Assembly: GCA_014728685.1 (NCBI GenBank)
Contig: WJLG01000049.1
Span: 1-25,185, forward strand
Reading direction: 5' to 3'
Length of the DNA: 25,185 bases
Origin: Candidatus Falkowbacteria bacterium
GTDB lineage: Bacteria; Patescibacteriota; Patescibacteriia; Patescibacteriales; WJLG01
This document shows, in pieces, positions 1 through 8,567 of this stretch. Positions within the stretch are counted from its first letter, which is position 1. Each line of letters begins with the position of its first letter. The notes below the pieces were generated by a model that was not told the origin of the DNA, did not search any database, and saw only the letters and a program-made list of their open reading frames with translations. A program made the position numbers and the translations under genes.

Positions 1-2
1 CT

Positions 3-302
3 CTCTTGGTCTTGGGCTTGCCGATGCTGGATGTGGCCTGGACCATTCTGCGGCGCTTATTGAAAGGCAAAAATCCATTCCGCTTTTCCGATAAGAAACA
101 TTTACATCACCGCTTGCTGGACATGGGCTTGAGTCCGCGCTCAACTGTTTTGGTCTTTTATGCTTTTGCCTTATTTTTCGGTTTGTCCGGGTTGTTTTTG
201 CAGAGTCGAGGCAAAATTTTGGCTATATCGTTTTTGATCTTAATAATGTTCATCTTGGTGATATTCTTTTCCAAGATCGATAAGAAAGTGAGTAATAAAT
301 GA
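3..302 (+). CDS. C-terminal fragment of a glycosyltransferase family 4 (MraY/WecA/TagO-like undecaprenyl-phosphate sugar-1-phosphate transferase); 5' truncated by the window edge
   Basis: LPMLDVAWTILRR...PFRFSDKKHLHHRLLDMGLS matches the WecA/TagO 'D..HLHH.L' loop and is followed by two TM helices. Confidence 0.85.
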   Translation, partial: LLVLGLPMLDVAWTILRRLLKGKNPFRFSDKKHLHHRLLDMGLSPRSTVLVFYAFALFFGLSGLFLQSRGKILAISFLILIMFILVIFFSKIDKKVSNK

Positions 303-1225
303 ATCATTTGAAAAGATTGGCAATTTTTTATCTGACGATCTGCTGGACGGCAGCTATTTTTATAATATTGCTTCTGCCCATGCCCTGGAAATATTATCCG
401 GCCGGCATAAGCTTCTATGACAAAGCCATACATTTTGTGATCTTTGCCGTATTCGGTTTCTTGTTGATATATTTTTTGAATTCTTTTGAGCGCATCAGCT
501 TGAAGAAAGCTTGCCTGACGGCCTTTATCAGCGGTTTCTTCATGGTTTTTTTAGGTGAGTATTTACAAGCTTTCGTACCGGGCCGAAGTCCATCGATATA
601 TGACCTTATCAGCGGCTACTTAGGCATAATGATATCTATAGTTTTTTCTTTAGCACTTTTTCATGAGTCTAAGAAAAGGCTTTTACTCCATGTTTGTTGC
701 GCCACTTGCGCTATCTATGTTTCCGAAGTTTTGGAAAAGCAAGGCTTTAGAGTAGTTCTTTTTTATCATAACCCCAACACTTATCCTAAAAAGGAATATG
801 AAAAAAGAGCAAAAGACGTAAAAAAGATCGCCAAGATCAGGGGGCTTGAGCTTTTGATCGATGAATATGATCATCAAAAATGGAAAAAGGCCGTGCGTGG
901 CCGCGAAAAGGATAAAGAAGGAGGGGAGAGGTGTTTGATCTGCTACCGCAAGCGCCTAGAAGAAACGGCTAAGAGAGCTAAGAGCGAAGGAATAAGATAT
1001 TTCACCTCGACTTTGAGCGTCAGCCCTCATAAGCAAGCAGAAAGGATAAATAAGATCGGCCAGGAAATAGCTAAGAAACACGGAGTTGAATTCTTGTCTG
1101 AGAATTTCAAGAAAAAAGACGGATTCAAGCGCTCGATCGATCTATCCAAGAAACATAAATTCTATCGGCAGAATTATTGCGGTTGTGAATACAGTCTGCG
1201 CCCCCACACCCCCCACAGTTCATAA
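299..1225 (+). CDS. queH: VanZ-like membrane domain fused to epoxyqueuosine reductase QueH (DUF208)
   Basis: N-terminal ~122 aa has the VanZ motifs DKAIHF and EYLQAFVPGRSPSIYD. C-terminal part has LLLHVCCATC, NPN, RCLICY, STLSVSPHK and RQNYCGC, all typical of QueH. Confidence 0.85.
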   Translation: MNHLKRLAIFYLTICWTAAIFIILLLPMPWKYYPAGISFYDKAIHFVIFAVFGFLLIYFLNSFERISLKKACLTAFISGFFMVFLGEYLQAFVPGRSPSIYDLISGYLGIMISIVFSLALFHESKKRLLLHVCCATCAIYVSEVLEKQGFRVVLFYHNPNTYPKKEYEKRAKDVKKIAKIRGLELLIDEYDHQKWKKAVRGREKDKEGGERCLICYRKRLEETAKRAKSEGIRYFTSTLSVSPHKQAERINKIGQEIAKKHGVEFLSENFKKKDGFKRSIDLSKKHKFYRQNYCGCEYSLRPHTPHSS

Positions 1226-1227
1226 CA

Positions 1228-1255
1228 TTGATTTTTTGGCCTAAAATGCTATAAT
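1228..1255 (+). promoter_or_regulatory. Sigma70-type promoter for the 1285-8519 operon
   Basis: TTGATT (1228-1233), 16-nt spacer, TATAAT (1250-1255) with extended TG. Confidence 0.65.
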
Positions 1256-1284
1256 TCTAAGAGATATTACTTAAATAAAAATAT

Positions 1285-1611
1285 ATGACTAGCGAAAAAT
1301 GGAAGCAAATATTAGGCAATATTTTGGATAATTTCGAGGTTGAGGAGCATGAAGAAGAGCATATCGATGAAATGGGCGGTATCGATCTGGAGTACGTTAT
1401 TTTCAAGTCACCCTTGGGCCGGGTTAAGCTCGAGTATGAAGAGAAGCCGGTGGTTCTGGACAAGAAAACCACTTATTCTCATCGAGCAGGATCGGAAACC
1501 AGTGTTGAGTATGTTTATAGCGAAACGGAAAAGAGCCAAAGAATGAAAGCTTACAAATGGGATGAAGCCGGAGATGAGTGGGAAGAGATGAATGCCGGAG
1601 GCTTCTCATAA
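1285..1611 (+). CDS. Acidic hypothetical protein, 108 aa
   Basis: Clean ORF right after the promoter and 4 nt from the next gene. About 26 D/E residues, no TM segment. Confidence 0.75.
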   Translation: MTSEKWKQILGNILDNFEVEEHEEEHIDEMGGIDLEYVIFKSPLGRVKLEYEEKPVVLDKKTTYSHRAGSETSVEYVYSETEKSQRMKAYKWDEAGDEWEEMNAGGFS

Positions 1612-1615
1612 AACT

Positions 1616-2380
1616 ATGAAAAAATACATTTATTTACTCGTATTTATAACCCCGATCTCGGTTTTATTGCTTTTGGAAGCGCTTTTGATAAGACCAAGAT
1701 CTTTTTGGTATCTGATAGCGGCAGCGCTTTTTATTTCGATCATTTCGATATTAATGTTCGCCAAGGCGGGACGAAGAAAAGAAGCCTGGTGGAATCTTCT
1801 GATATTGCCCATGCTGATGATATTTAGTTTGGCTATTTACGCCAGCTTGATCGTTAATCAGGCGATCATCCACGTATTATTTATTTTTATTTTGTTCTTT
1901 CTTTATCATTATTTGAATAATTCCTATTATTTTTTGATCAAGCCCGATAAGTATGAAAAGTCTTTTTTGGAAAACATCTCTTCGTACGGAGGATTCTTAG
2001 CTTTTTTCTTTGCGGCCTCTTCCGCTTATGCCGTAAAGACGCTTCTCGGTATTCCTTTGTGGATACCGGCCATATCAATGTTCTTGATCATATTGGCGGT
2101 GCTTTACCAAAATGTTTGGGTGAACAAAGCTACTTTCAAGCAGAAGTTTATCTATGTTCTGATCCCGGCTTTGATCCTAATGGAAATAGCGATAGCTATT
2201 TATTTCTTTCCTTTCAACCACAATACCCTTGGTTTAATCTTAGCTATTTGCTATTATATAATTATAGGTTTGGTTAGAGTATTTTTAAGGAATACACCAA
2301 ACAGAAGAAGTATAAAACTATACTTGCTTTTTGGATTTTTGAGTATATTAATAATATTATTCACTACTAAATGGATATAA
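1616..2380 (+). CDS. Hypothetical polytopic membrane protein (about 8 TM)
   Basis: Repeated hydrophobic stretches. ATG 1616 is preferred over 1592 because it avoids overlap with the upstream stop at 1611. Confidence 0.75.
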   Translation: MKKYIYLLVFITPISVLLLLEALLIRPRSFWYLIAAALFISIISILMFAKAGRRKEAWWNLLILPMLMIFSLAIYASLIVNQAIIHVLFIFILFFLYHYLNNSYYFLIKPDKYEKSFLENISSYGGFLAFFFAASSAYAVKTLLGIPLWIPAISMFLIILAVLYQNVWVNKATFKQKFIYVLIPALILMEIAIAIYFFPFNHNTLGLILAICYYIIIGLVRVFLRNTPNRRSIKLYLLFGFLSILIILFTTKWI

Positions 2381-2383
2381 AAT

Positions 2384-3541
2384 ATGAAGAATAACAAGAG
2401 TCAAAATGTTTTGATATTGATAGTGATCTCGGTCATATTCGGTCTTGGCTCCGGAATAGCCGGAGGATTGATAACCCGTTCGTATCTAATGAACGATATT
2501 TACAGCGTCCCGTTCTATGGAAAGATAAATTATTCCACTGATAATCTAAGGAGAGCTAATTTGATAATCGAGAATGCCAAGAATATAACGGTCGAGCAAG
2601 ATGCCAAGATCAATGAGACCATAAATTCCGCCAGCCGCGGCATTATCGGCATCTTCAAGAAGATAAATACCGGCAACGGATCTGAAGCTGAATTCGATCC
2701 CAATGATCATTATCAAATGGATGAAGAGGTGGCTGAAGGTTTGGTTGTGACCAGCGATGGCTGGATATTGCTGTCCGATTTTGGCGAGATATTGACCAAG
2801 GAAGCGATCTTGAACAATTATGTGGCTATAAGCAAAGATAAGAAGATCTTTGAAATCGATGAAATGGTAAGAGAAAAGGGCAATAATTTTCTTTTTCTAC
2901 ATCTGAAAGACGCTCGCGACCTGCCGGTGCGCCAATTTTCTTTCAAAGAGAATTTGAACAATGGCCAATTGGTGATAGCGGTCGATTGGGACAAGAATAG
3001 CTTTTTGACCTATGTGATAGGCAGAGAAGATGATGACTCTTTGGTCAGATCAAGCGATATCTCTTCGGATAAGGTGGTTTTTTCAGATGACCTATCTAAT
3101 TATTTTGAAAGAGCATTCATTTTCAACCTTAACGGCGATCTGATAGCCTTACTGGATAAAAAAGGCCAGATGAAATTTGTAAACTCCTTTGATCCGGCTG
3201 TGAAGAATCTCTTAAGCAAAGAAGATAAATCCAGAGCGAGTCTGGGCGTCAATTATGTAGAGCTTTCAGAGTTGGCTATAGAGGATAATAGCCGATATTC
3301 ACGAGGCGCTTTGATCTATCCTGACGCCAGTGGCGTGGCTGTCGTAAAAGGCAGTGTGGCTGAAGAAGCCGGGTTAAAGCAAGGAGATATTATACTTTCC
3401 GTGGATAATATGGAGATCAATAAGGAGAATGACCTTACTGATATAATTCAAAGATATGCGGCCGGAGATGAGGTAAGCCTTAATATTTACAAAGACGGCC
3501 AAGAGCAGAGGATCGAAGTTATTTTAAAAGAATTGAAATAA
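2384..3541 (+). CDS. HtrA/DegP-like (S1C) protein with N-terminal TM and C-terminal PDZ; catalytic triad apparently lost
   Basis: EGLVVTSDGWILL aligns to GSGFIISxDGYILT. FNLNGDLI aligns to the post-Ser segment. The PDZ shows LGV...GSVAEEAGLKQGDIILSVD. No TNxH or GNSGG motif. Confidence 0.75.
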   Translation: MKNNKSQNVLILIVISVIFGLGSGIAGGLITRSYLMNDIYSVPFYGKINYSTDNLRRANLIIENAKNITVEQDAKINETINSASRGIIGIFKKINTGNGSEAEFDPNDHYQMDEEVAEGLVVTSDGWILLSDFGEILTKEAILNNYVAISKDKKIFEIDEMVREKGNNFLFLHLKDARDLPVRQFSFKENLNNGQLVIAVDWDKNSFLTYVIGREDDDSLVRSSDISSDKVVFSDDLSNYFERAFIFNLNGDLIALLDKKGQMKFVNSFDPAVKNLLSKEDKSRASLGVNYVELSELAIEDNSRYSRGALIYPDASGVAVVKGSVAEEAGLKQGDIILSVDNMEINKENDLTDIIQRYAAGDEVSLNIYKDGQEQRIEVILKELK

Positions 3542-3542
3542 A

Positions 3543-4694
3543 ATGAAATTCGACCCAATCGATAAAAATATAAAAAAGATCAAAGGCAAGCGTGTTTTTG
3601 TCCGCCTTGATCTTAATGTACCGATCTCCAAGGGTAAAATAAAAGATGAAAAAAAGATCATTGCCGCTTTGCCGACGATCCGCTATTTGCTTCGATACAA
3701 GACCAGACTCATAATAGCCACTCATTTAGGGCGTCCGGAAGGGAAGGCAAATGCAAGATATTCGGTCAAGCCCATCGCTAAAAGACTTAAGAGCCTTTTG
3801 GGCGGTAAAGTGGAGTATATAAATGACGTATGCGGTGAAAAGGCTCTTAAAAAGGCCAAGCAGTTAAAAGAAGGCCGTGCCTTATTTATCGAGAATCTCC
3901 GCTTTGACAAGCGAGAGAAGAAAAATGATAAGAAATTCGCCAAAGAGCTGGCTATGATGGCTGATGTGTATGTAAATGATGCCTTTTCCGTGGCTCATCG
4001 CGCTCATGCTTCTGTCTGCGCTATCAAAAAATTCTTGCCGGCATTTGAAGGCCTATTATTGATCTCTGAGATAAAGAATCTTGATAAGATAAACCGGCCG
4101 AAAAGACCGCTTGTGGTTATTATGGGCGGAGCTAAAATAAAGACCAAGATAGCCTTGATCAAGAAACTTGAACCCAAGGCTTCCAGTATCCTGATCGGAG
4201 GAGCTTTGGCCAATAATTTTTTCAAAGCGCGAAAAATGGAGATCGGCGAGTCTTTGGTAGATAAAGAAAGTATAAAGATCGCTAAAAGATCAAAAAGCAA
4301 GAAAATAATATTACCGATCGATGTTGTGGTCAAGTCAAGAGGCAAAGCGGTCTTAAAACGCCTGGATGAAGTGGGTAAAAAAGATAAAATATTCGACATC
4401 GGACCAAAAACCATCAAGCTTTACTCCGGATCGATCAAGAAAGCCAAGACATTGGTTTGGAATGGGCCTCTTGGTCTTTTTGAGGAAGATGCTTACAAGC
4501 ACGGCACTCTAAGTATTGCTCAGGCTTTTGCCGGCCGAGCTAAAGGTCCGGCCTTCGGAGTTGTCGGGGGCGGAGAAACTATCCAAGCCTTAAAAAAAGC
4601 CGGAGTCGAGGACTATATAGATTGGGTTTCTACCGGCGGCGGGGCGATGCTGGCTTATCTGGGCGGAGAAAAAATGCCAGGACTTGAGAAATAA
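3543..4694 (+). CDS. pgk: Phosphoglycerate kinase
   Basis: RLDLNVP, HLGRP, ENLRF, NDAFSVAHRAHAS, DIGPKT, WNGPLGLFE, STGGGA. Confidence 0.97.
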   Translation: MKFDPIDKNIKKIKGKRVFVRLDLNVPISKGKIKDEKKIIAALPTIRYLLRYKTRLIIATHLGRPEGKANARYSVKPIAKRLKSLLGGKVEYINDVCGEKALKKAKQLKEGRALFIENLRFDKREKKNDKKFAKELAMMADVYVNDAFSVAHRAHASVCAIKKFLPAFEGLLLISEIKNLDKINRPKRPLVVIMGGAKIKTKIALIKKLEPKASSILIGGALANNFFKARKMEIGESLVDKESIKIAKRSKSKKIILPIDVVVKSRGKAVLKRLDEVGKKDKIFDIGPKTIKLYSGSIKKAKTLVWNGPLGLFEEDAYKHGTLSIAQAFAGRAKGPAFGVVGGGETIQALKKAGVEDYIDWVSTGGGAMLAYLGGEKMPGLEK

Positions 4695-4711
4695 ATAATC
4701 AATAAAAATAT

Positions 4712-5971
4712 ATGTCTAAAATAAAAAATATTATTGCTCGGGAGATATTGGATAGCCGGGGTAATCCAACGGTGGAAGCCAAAGTGATCCTGGAAACAGG
4801 CTTGTCAGCCAAGGCTTCAGTGCCTTCGGGAGCTTCGACCGGAGTTCATGAGGCGGTTGAATTGCGCGATGGGGATGAAAAAAGATATAACGGCAAAGGC
4901 GTCTTGACCGCTGTGGGCAATATCAATAAAAAGATAATTAAAGAATTGAAGGGCAGGGAAGTGAGCGACCAGCAAGGAATAGATAAGGCTATGATCGAGC
5001 TTGACGGCACTCCTAACAAGGAAAAGCTGGGGGCTAATGCCATTCTTTCCGTTTCCATGGCCTGTGCGCGAGTTGCCGCCCTGGAAGCCGGTATGGAGCT
5101 TTATGAATATATAGCCGAAACCTACGGTTTTGATACGGATAATTACAAAATGCCGACGCCGTCTTTTAATATTTTCAACGGGGGCAAGCACGCCGATACT
5201 AATCTTGATTTTCAGGAATTTATGATATTGCCGGTAAAGGATATGCGCTTTTCTGAAAAAGTAAGAATGGGGGCTGAGATATTCCACGAACTGGGCGTAG
5301 TCTTGAAAAAAGCCGGCATGGATACTGATATCGGCGCTGAAGGCGGTTATGCTCCTAACATCAATTCAACCATCCAGGCGCTTGAGCTGATAGTTTCAGC
5401 CATAATCAATGCCGGCTATGAACCGGGCAAAGATATCGGACTGGGAACGGATGTCGGCTCTTCGGAACTTTATAATAAGGATACGGGTAAATATATTTTC
5501 AAATTGGATAACTCGAATTTTACCGCCGATACCTTGATCGGACTATACAATGAATGGCTAAAAAAATTTCCGATCATCTCGATCGAGGACGGTCTTGCAG
5601 AAGATGATTGGGGATCATGGCGGGAATTGACCAAAGAATTGGGTGACAAAATGCTTCTAATAGGCGATGATCTTTTTGTCACTAATATCGATCGCTTAAG
5701 AAAAGGCCTGAAAGAAAAAGCGGCCAACGCTATTTTGATAAAACTGAACCAAGTCGGCTCCTTGACCGAGACGATAGACTGCATAAAATTGGCTAAAGAC
5801 CATAATTACAAGCTGATGGTATCGCATCGAAGCGGAGAGACCACTGATGATTTCATAGCCGATCTGGCAGTAGCGGTCGGCAGTGAATATATAAAAGCCG
5901 GTTCGCTTTCCCGCGGAGAAAGACTGGCGAAATATAACAGACTTATGGAAATAGAAGATATCTTAAAATAA
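4712..5971 (+). CDS. eno: Enolase
   Basis: REILDSRGNPTVE, SGASTG, GGKH, QEFMI, IEDG, GDDLFVTN, IKLNQVG, SHRSGET. Confidence 0.98.
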   Translation: MSKIKNIIAREILDSRGNPTVEAKVILETGLSAKASVPSGASTGVHEAVELRDGDEKRYNGKGVLTAVGNINKKIIKELKGREVSDQQGIDKAMIELDGTPNKEKLGANAILSVSMACARVAALEAGMELYEYIAETYGFDTDNYKMPTPSFNIFNGGKHADTNLDFQEFMILPVKDMRFSEKVRMGAEIFHELGVVLKKAGMDTDIGAEGGYAPNINSTIQALELIVSAIINAGYEPGKDIGLGTDVGSSELYNKDTGKYIFKLDNSNFTADTLIGLYNEWLKKFPIISIEDGLAEDDWGSWRELTKELGDKMLLIGDDLFVTNIDRLRKGLKEKAANAILIKLNQVGSLTETIDCIKLAKDHNYKLMVSHRSGETTDDFIADLAVAVGSEYIKAGSLSRGERLAKYNRLMEIEDILK

Positions 5972-5975
5972 AAAT

Positions 5976-7712
5976 ATGGTTAAAAAGAAAAGGACAACCA
6001 AGAAAAAAATAAAAAAGACAGCTAAGGCGACCTCCAAAAAGACCGTTAGAAAGACCAAGACTGTTCAAAAGACCAAGAAAAGAAAGAGTAGAGCAAAGTC
6101 AAAAGCTAAGGCCATTACCTCTAAGGCGATATTATTGATCCTGGATGGTTGGGGAGTAGATAAGCCGAATCGTGGAAACGCCATTCATCTGGCCAAAACT
6201 CCGACGATCGACGGCTTAGCAAAGAAACATCCTTCGACCAAGCTTTATGCCCATGGTAAATATGTCGGCTTGCCGTCGAAACAAGTCGGTAATTCAGAGG
6301 CCGGACATATGAATATTGGCGCCGGACGCGTGGTAAAACAAGACGCGGTTATGATAAATGAAAGCATAAAAAACGGAACCTTTTTCAAAAATACGGCCTT
6401 CAAAGAAGCTTTCAATCATGTTAAGAAGAATAAGTCCAAACTTCACATAATAGGCATGCTGTCCAATGGCATGAGCCCGCATAGCGACACTTGCCATATC
6501 GAAGCTCTTTTGAAAATGACAAGAAAAGAAGGGCTTTACGACAATGTCTATGTCCATGCCTTTACTGACGGACGTGATTCTCCTCAACACGAAGCTTTGA
6601 AGCTGATCAATTGCTTGGAAAGAGATATGTGCAAATGGGGATGCTATATCCCTGAAAGAAAGAACAATGGCAGCAAAAACGGCAAGGTCAAGGTGAAGAT
6701 AGCCACTGTTATGGGTCGGTTCTATGCCATGGACAGGAATAAAAAATGGGAAAGGACCAAAGAAGCTTATGAAGCGATGGTGTACGGCAAGGCTAGAACC
6801 GCTCAAAATGCCAGCACGGCCATTGTTGAAAGCTATAACCGAAATGAGACCGACGAATTCATCAAACCTTATGTTTTGGACAAAAAAGGCTTGATCAGCG
6901 ACAATGATGCCGTGATATTCTTCAATCTGCGTTCCGACAGGGCTAGGCAATTGGTAAAGGTATTTGTACAGAAAAATTTTCAGAAAAGAAATCCAAAATC
7001 ATTTACCAGAAAAAGAATGCTTAAAAATCTAAGGTTCGTGGCTATGACCGACTTCGGCCCGGACCTTGATCATGTACTCACAGCTTACCCTAGTATAGAT
7101 ATCCCCAAAACTCTTCCGCTCGTACTAGATCACAAGCTTAAACAATGCTATATCGCTGAATCGGAAAAATACGCTCATGTGACCTATTTTTTCAATGGCG
7201 GCTATCCCGGCAGGGTCAATGGCGAGGATCAGATAATGATACATTCCCCGAATGTCAAATCTTACGATGAAACTCCGCCCATGAAATCATTTGAACTTAC
7301 TAAAAGGGTCTTGAAAGATCTTAGTAAAAATAAATATGATCTTACGGTTTTGAATTTTGCCGCTCCAGACATGGTCGCTCATACCGGAAATTTGAAAGCA
7401 AGTATTAAGTGCTGCGAAGACATCGACGCTTGCGTTAAAAAGATAGTTGATGCGTATTTGAAGAAAAACGGTACGGTAATAATAACTTCGGATCATGGAA
7501 ATATAGAAGGCTTGATCAATCTGAAGACTTGGGAAGTGGATACCGAACATTCCACCTGCCAGGTGCCTTTTATCTTGGTCAATAAGCAGAATCGCAAGAG
7601 TAAATTGAGGTCAAAGGGCTCGCTATCAGACATAGCGCCTACCATTCTTGACCTTTTCGGCACCAAAAAACCGGCATTGATGACGGGTAAAAGTTTATTG
7701 AAAAAAAGATAA
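5976..7712 (+). CDS. gpmI: 2,3-bisphosphoglycerate-independent phosphoglycerate mutase with a Lys-rich N-terminal extension
   Basis: LDGWG, GNSEAGH (catalytic Ser), DGRD, GRFYAMDR, NLRSDRARQL, AESEKYAHVTYFFNGG, PDMVAH, SDHGN, TEH, DIAPTIL. Confidence 0.96.
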   Translation: MVKKKRTTKKKIKKTAKATSKKTVRKTKTVQKTKKRKSRAKSKAKAITSKAILLILDGWGVDKPNRGNAIHLAKTPTIDGLAKKHPSTKLYAHGKYVGLPSKQVGNSEAGHMNIGAGRVVKQDAVMINESIKNGTFFKNTAFKEAFNHVKKNKSKLHIIGMLSNGMSPHSDTCHIEALLKMTRKEGLYDNVYVHAFTDGRDSPQHEALKLINCLERDMCKWGCYIPERKNNGSKNGKVKVKIATVMGRFYAMDRNKKWERTKEAYEAMVYGKARTAQNASTAIVESYNRNETDEFIKPYVLDKKGLISDNDAVIFFNLRSDRARQLVKVFVQKNFQKRNPKSFTRKRMLKNLRFVAMTDFGPDLDHVLTAYPSIDIPKTLPLVLDHKLKQCYIAESEKYAHVTYFFNGGYPGRVNGEDQIMIHSPNVKSYDETPPMKSFELTKRVLKDLSKNKYDLTVLNFAAPDMVAHTGNLKASIKCCEDIDACVKKIVDAYLKKNGTVIITSDHGNIEGLINLKTWEVDTEHSTCQVPFILVNKQNRKSKLRSKGSLSDIAPTILDLFGTKKPALMTGKSLLKKR

Positions 7713-7715
7713 TAT

Positions 7716-8519
7716 ATGGCAGACAAAGGCAAGACAAGCGAGCAGGGGAGGTCGGCTGTTCTTTTGTTGGTAGATGGCTGGGGAGTGTCTTCTGATAAAC
7801 AGTCAGATCCACTATCCAAAGCACACACTCCATTTATAGATAGTCTGGTGGCTAAATATCCGGTCGCTTTATTGAAGTTGCCTGAACGTAAATTAAGCCG
7901 GCAATACCAGGAAATAGGCTCTAAAATGGCGGATATTTTGGAAGCGGAAGGAATGAACCAACTAAAGATAGCCGAACCGGACAAATACACTTATTTGGCT
8001 CTATCCTTCAATGAAAATAATGAAAAAATAAGAAAAGGCGAGGAGCGGTTGATGATCGGCACTACTGATGAGGACATCTCCAGAAAACCGGCCTTATCTT
8101 CCTTAAAAGCGGCAGATGCCGCCATCAAAGCCTTAAAGGAAGATAAATATGCATTAATAGCAGTTTCCTTGGCTAATCTTGACCTGGCCGCTTGCACCAA
8201 GGATGGCGAGACCATCATTCGGGCAATGACCGCTGTTGATAAATGTATTAAGAAGATCGCAAAAACCGTGCTTGATAAAGACTCAATACTTTTTATAAGC
8301 GCTTGTAGAAGCGGTGCGGAAAAACCTCTGTCAAATGTAGTTCCGCTGGTAATGGTAAGCCATAATTGGGAAGGAAGGTCGATCAATGCCGGCGAGATTC
8401 CCGGTTCAGACCTGTCCTTAATGAGACCAAGTGCAGAGTTGAAGGATATCGCGCCAACTCTGCTTGCATCGATCGGCGTGGATCATAAACTTAGCGGAAA
8501 AAAACTTATACATATATAA
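7716..8519 (+). CDS. Degenerate iPGM paralogue: phosphatase domain only, catalytic Ser and most metal ligands lost
   Basis: LLVDGWG, HTPFIDSL, AEPDKYTY, ANLDLAAC and LKDIAPTLL are colinear with the adjacent GpmI. The substrate-binding domain is missing. Confidence 0.8.
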   Translation: MADKGKTSEQGRSAVLLLVDGWGVSSDKQSDPLSKAHTPFIDSLVAKYPVALLKLPERKLSRQYQEIGSKMADILEAEGMNQLKIAEPDKYTYLALSFNENNEKIRKGEERLMIGTTDEDISRKPALSSLKAADAAIKALKEDKYALIAVSLANLDLAACTKDGETIIRAMTAVDKCIKKIAKTVLDKDSILFISACRSGAEKPLSNVVPLVMVSHNWEGRSINAGEIPGSDLSLMRPSAELKDIAPTLLASIGVDHKLSGKKLIHI

Positions 8520-8548
8520 AATACCGGCTTTTAAATGCCGGTATTTTT
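8518..8548. terminator. Bidirectional intrinsic terminator between convergent genes
   Basis: AAAATACCGGC-TTTTAAAT-GCCGGTATTTT: an 11-bp stem with A/T tracts on both sides. Confidence 0.85.
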
Positions 8549-8567
8549 GTAAGGATATTTTGTTACT

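Noticed and set aside
1201-1217. C-rich tract CCCCCACACCCCCCACA at the end of queH (G-rich on minus)
   Set aside because: Only two long G-runs, short, and in a non-conserved tail; weak support for a G-quadruplex or phase variation.
6294-6950. 218-aa minus-strand ORF and similar antisense ORFs (4817-5287, 4004-4417, 7493-7990, 7991-8386, 12456-12836, 13640-14017)
   Set aside because: They lie fully opposite well-supported genes and show the typical antisense-frame composition.
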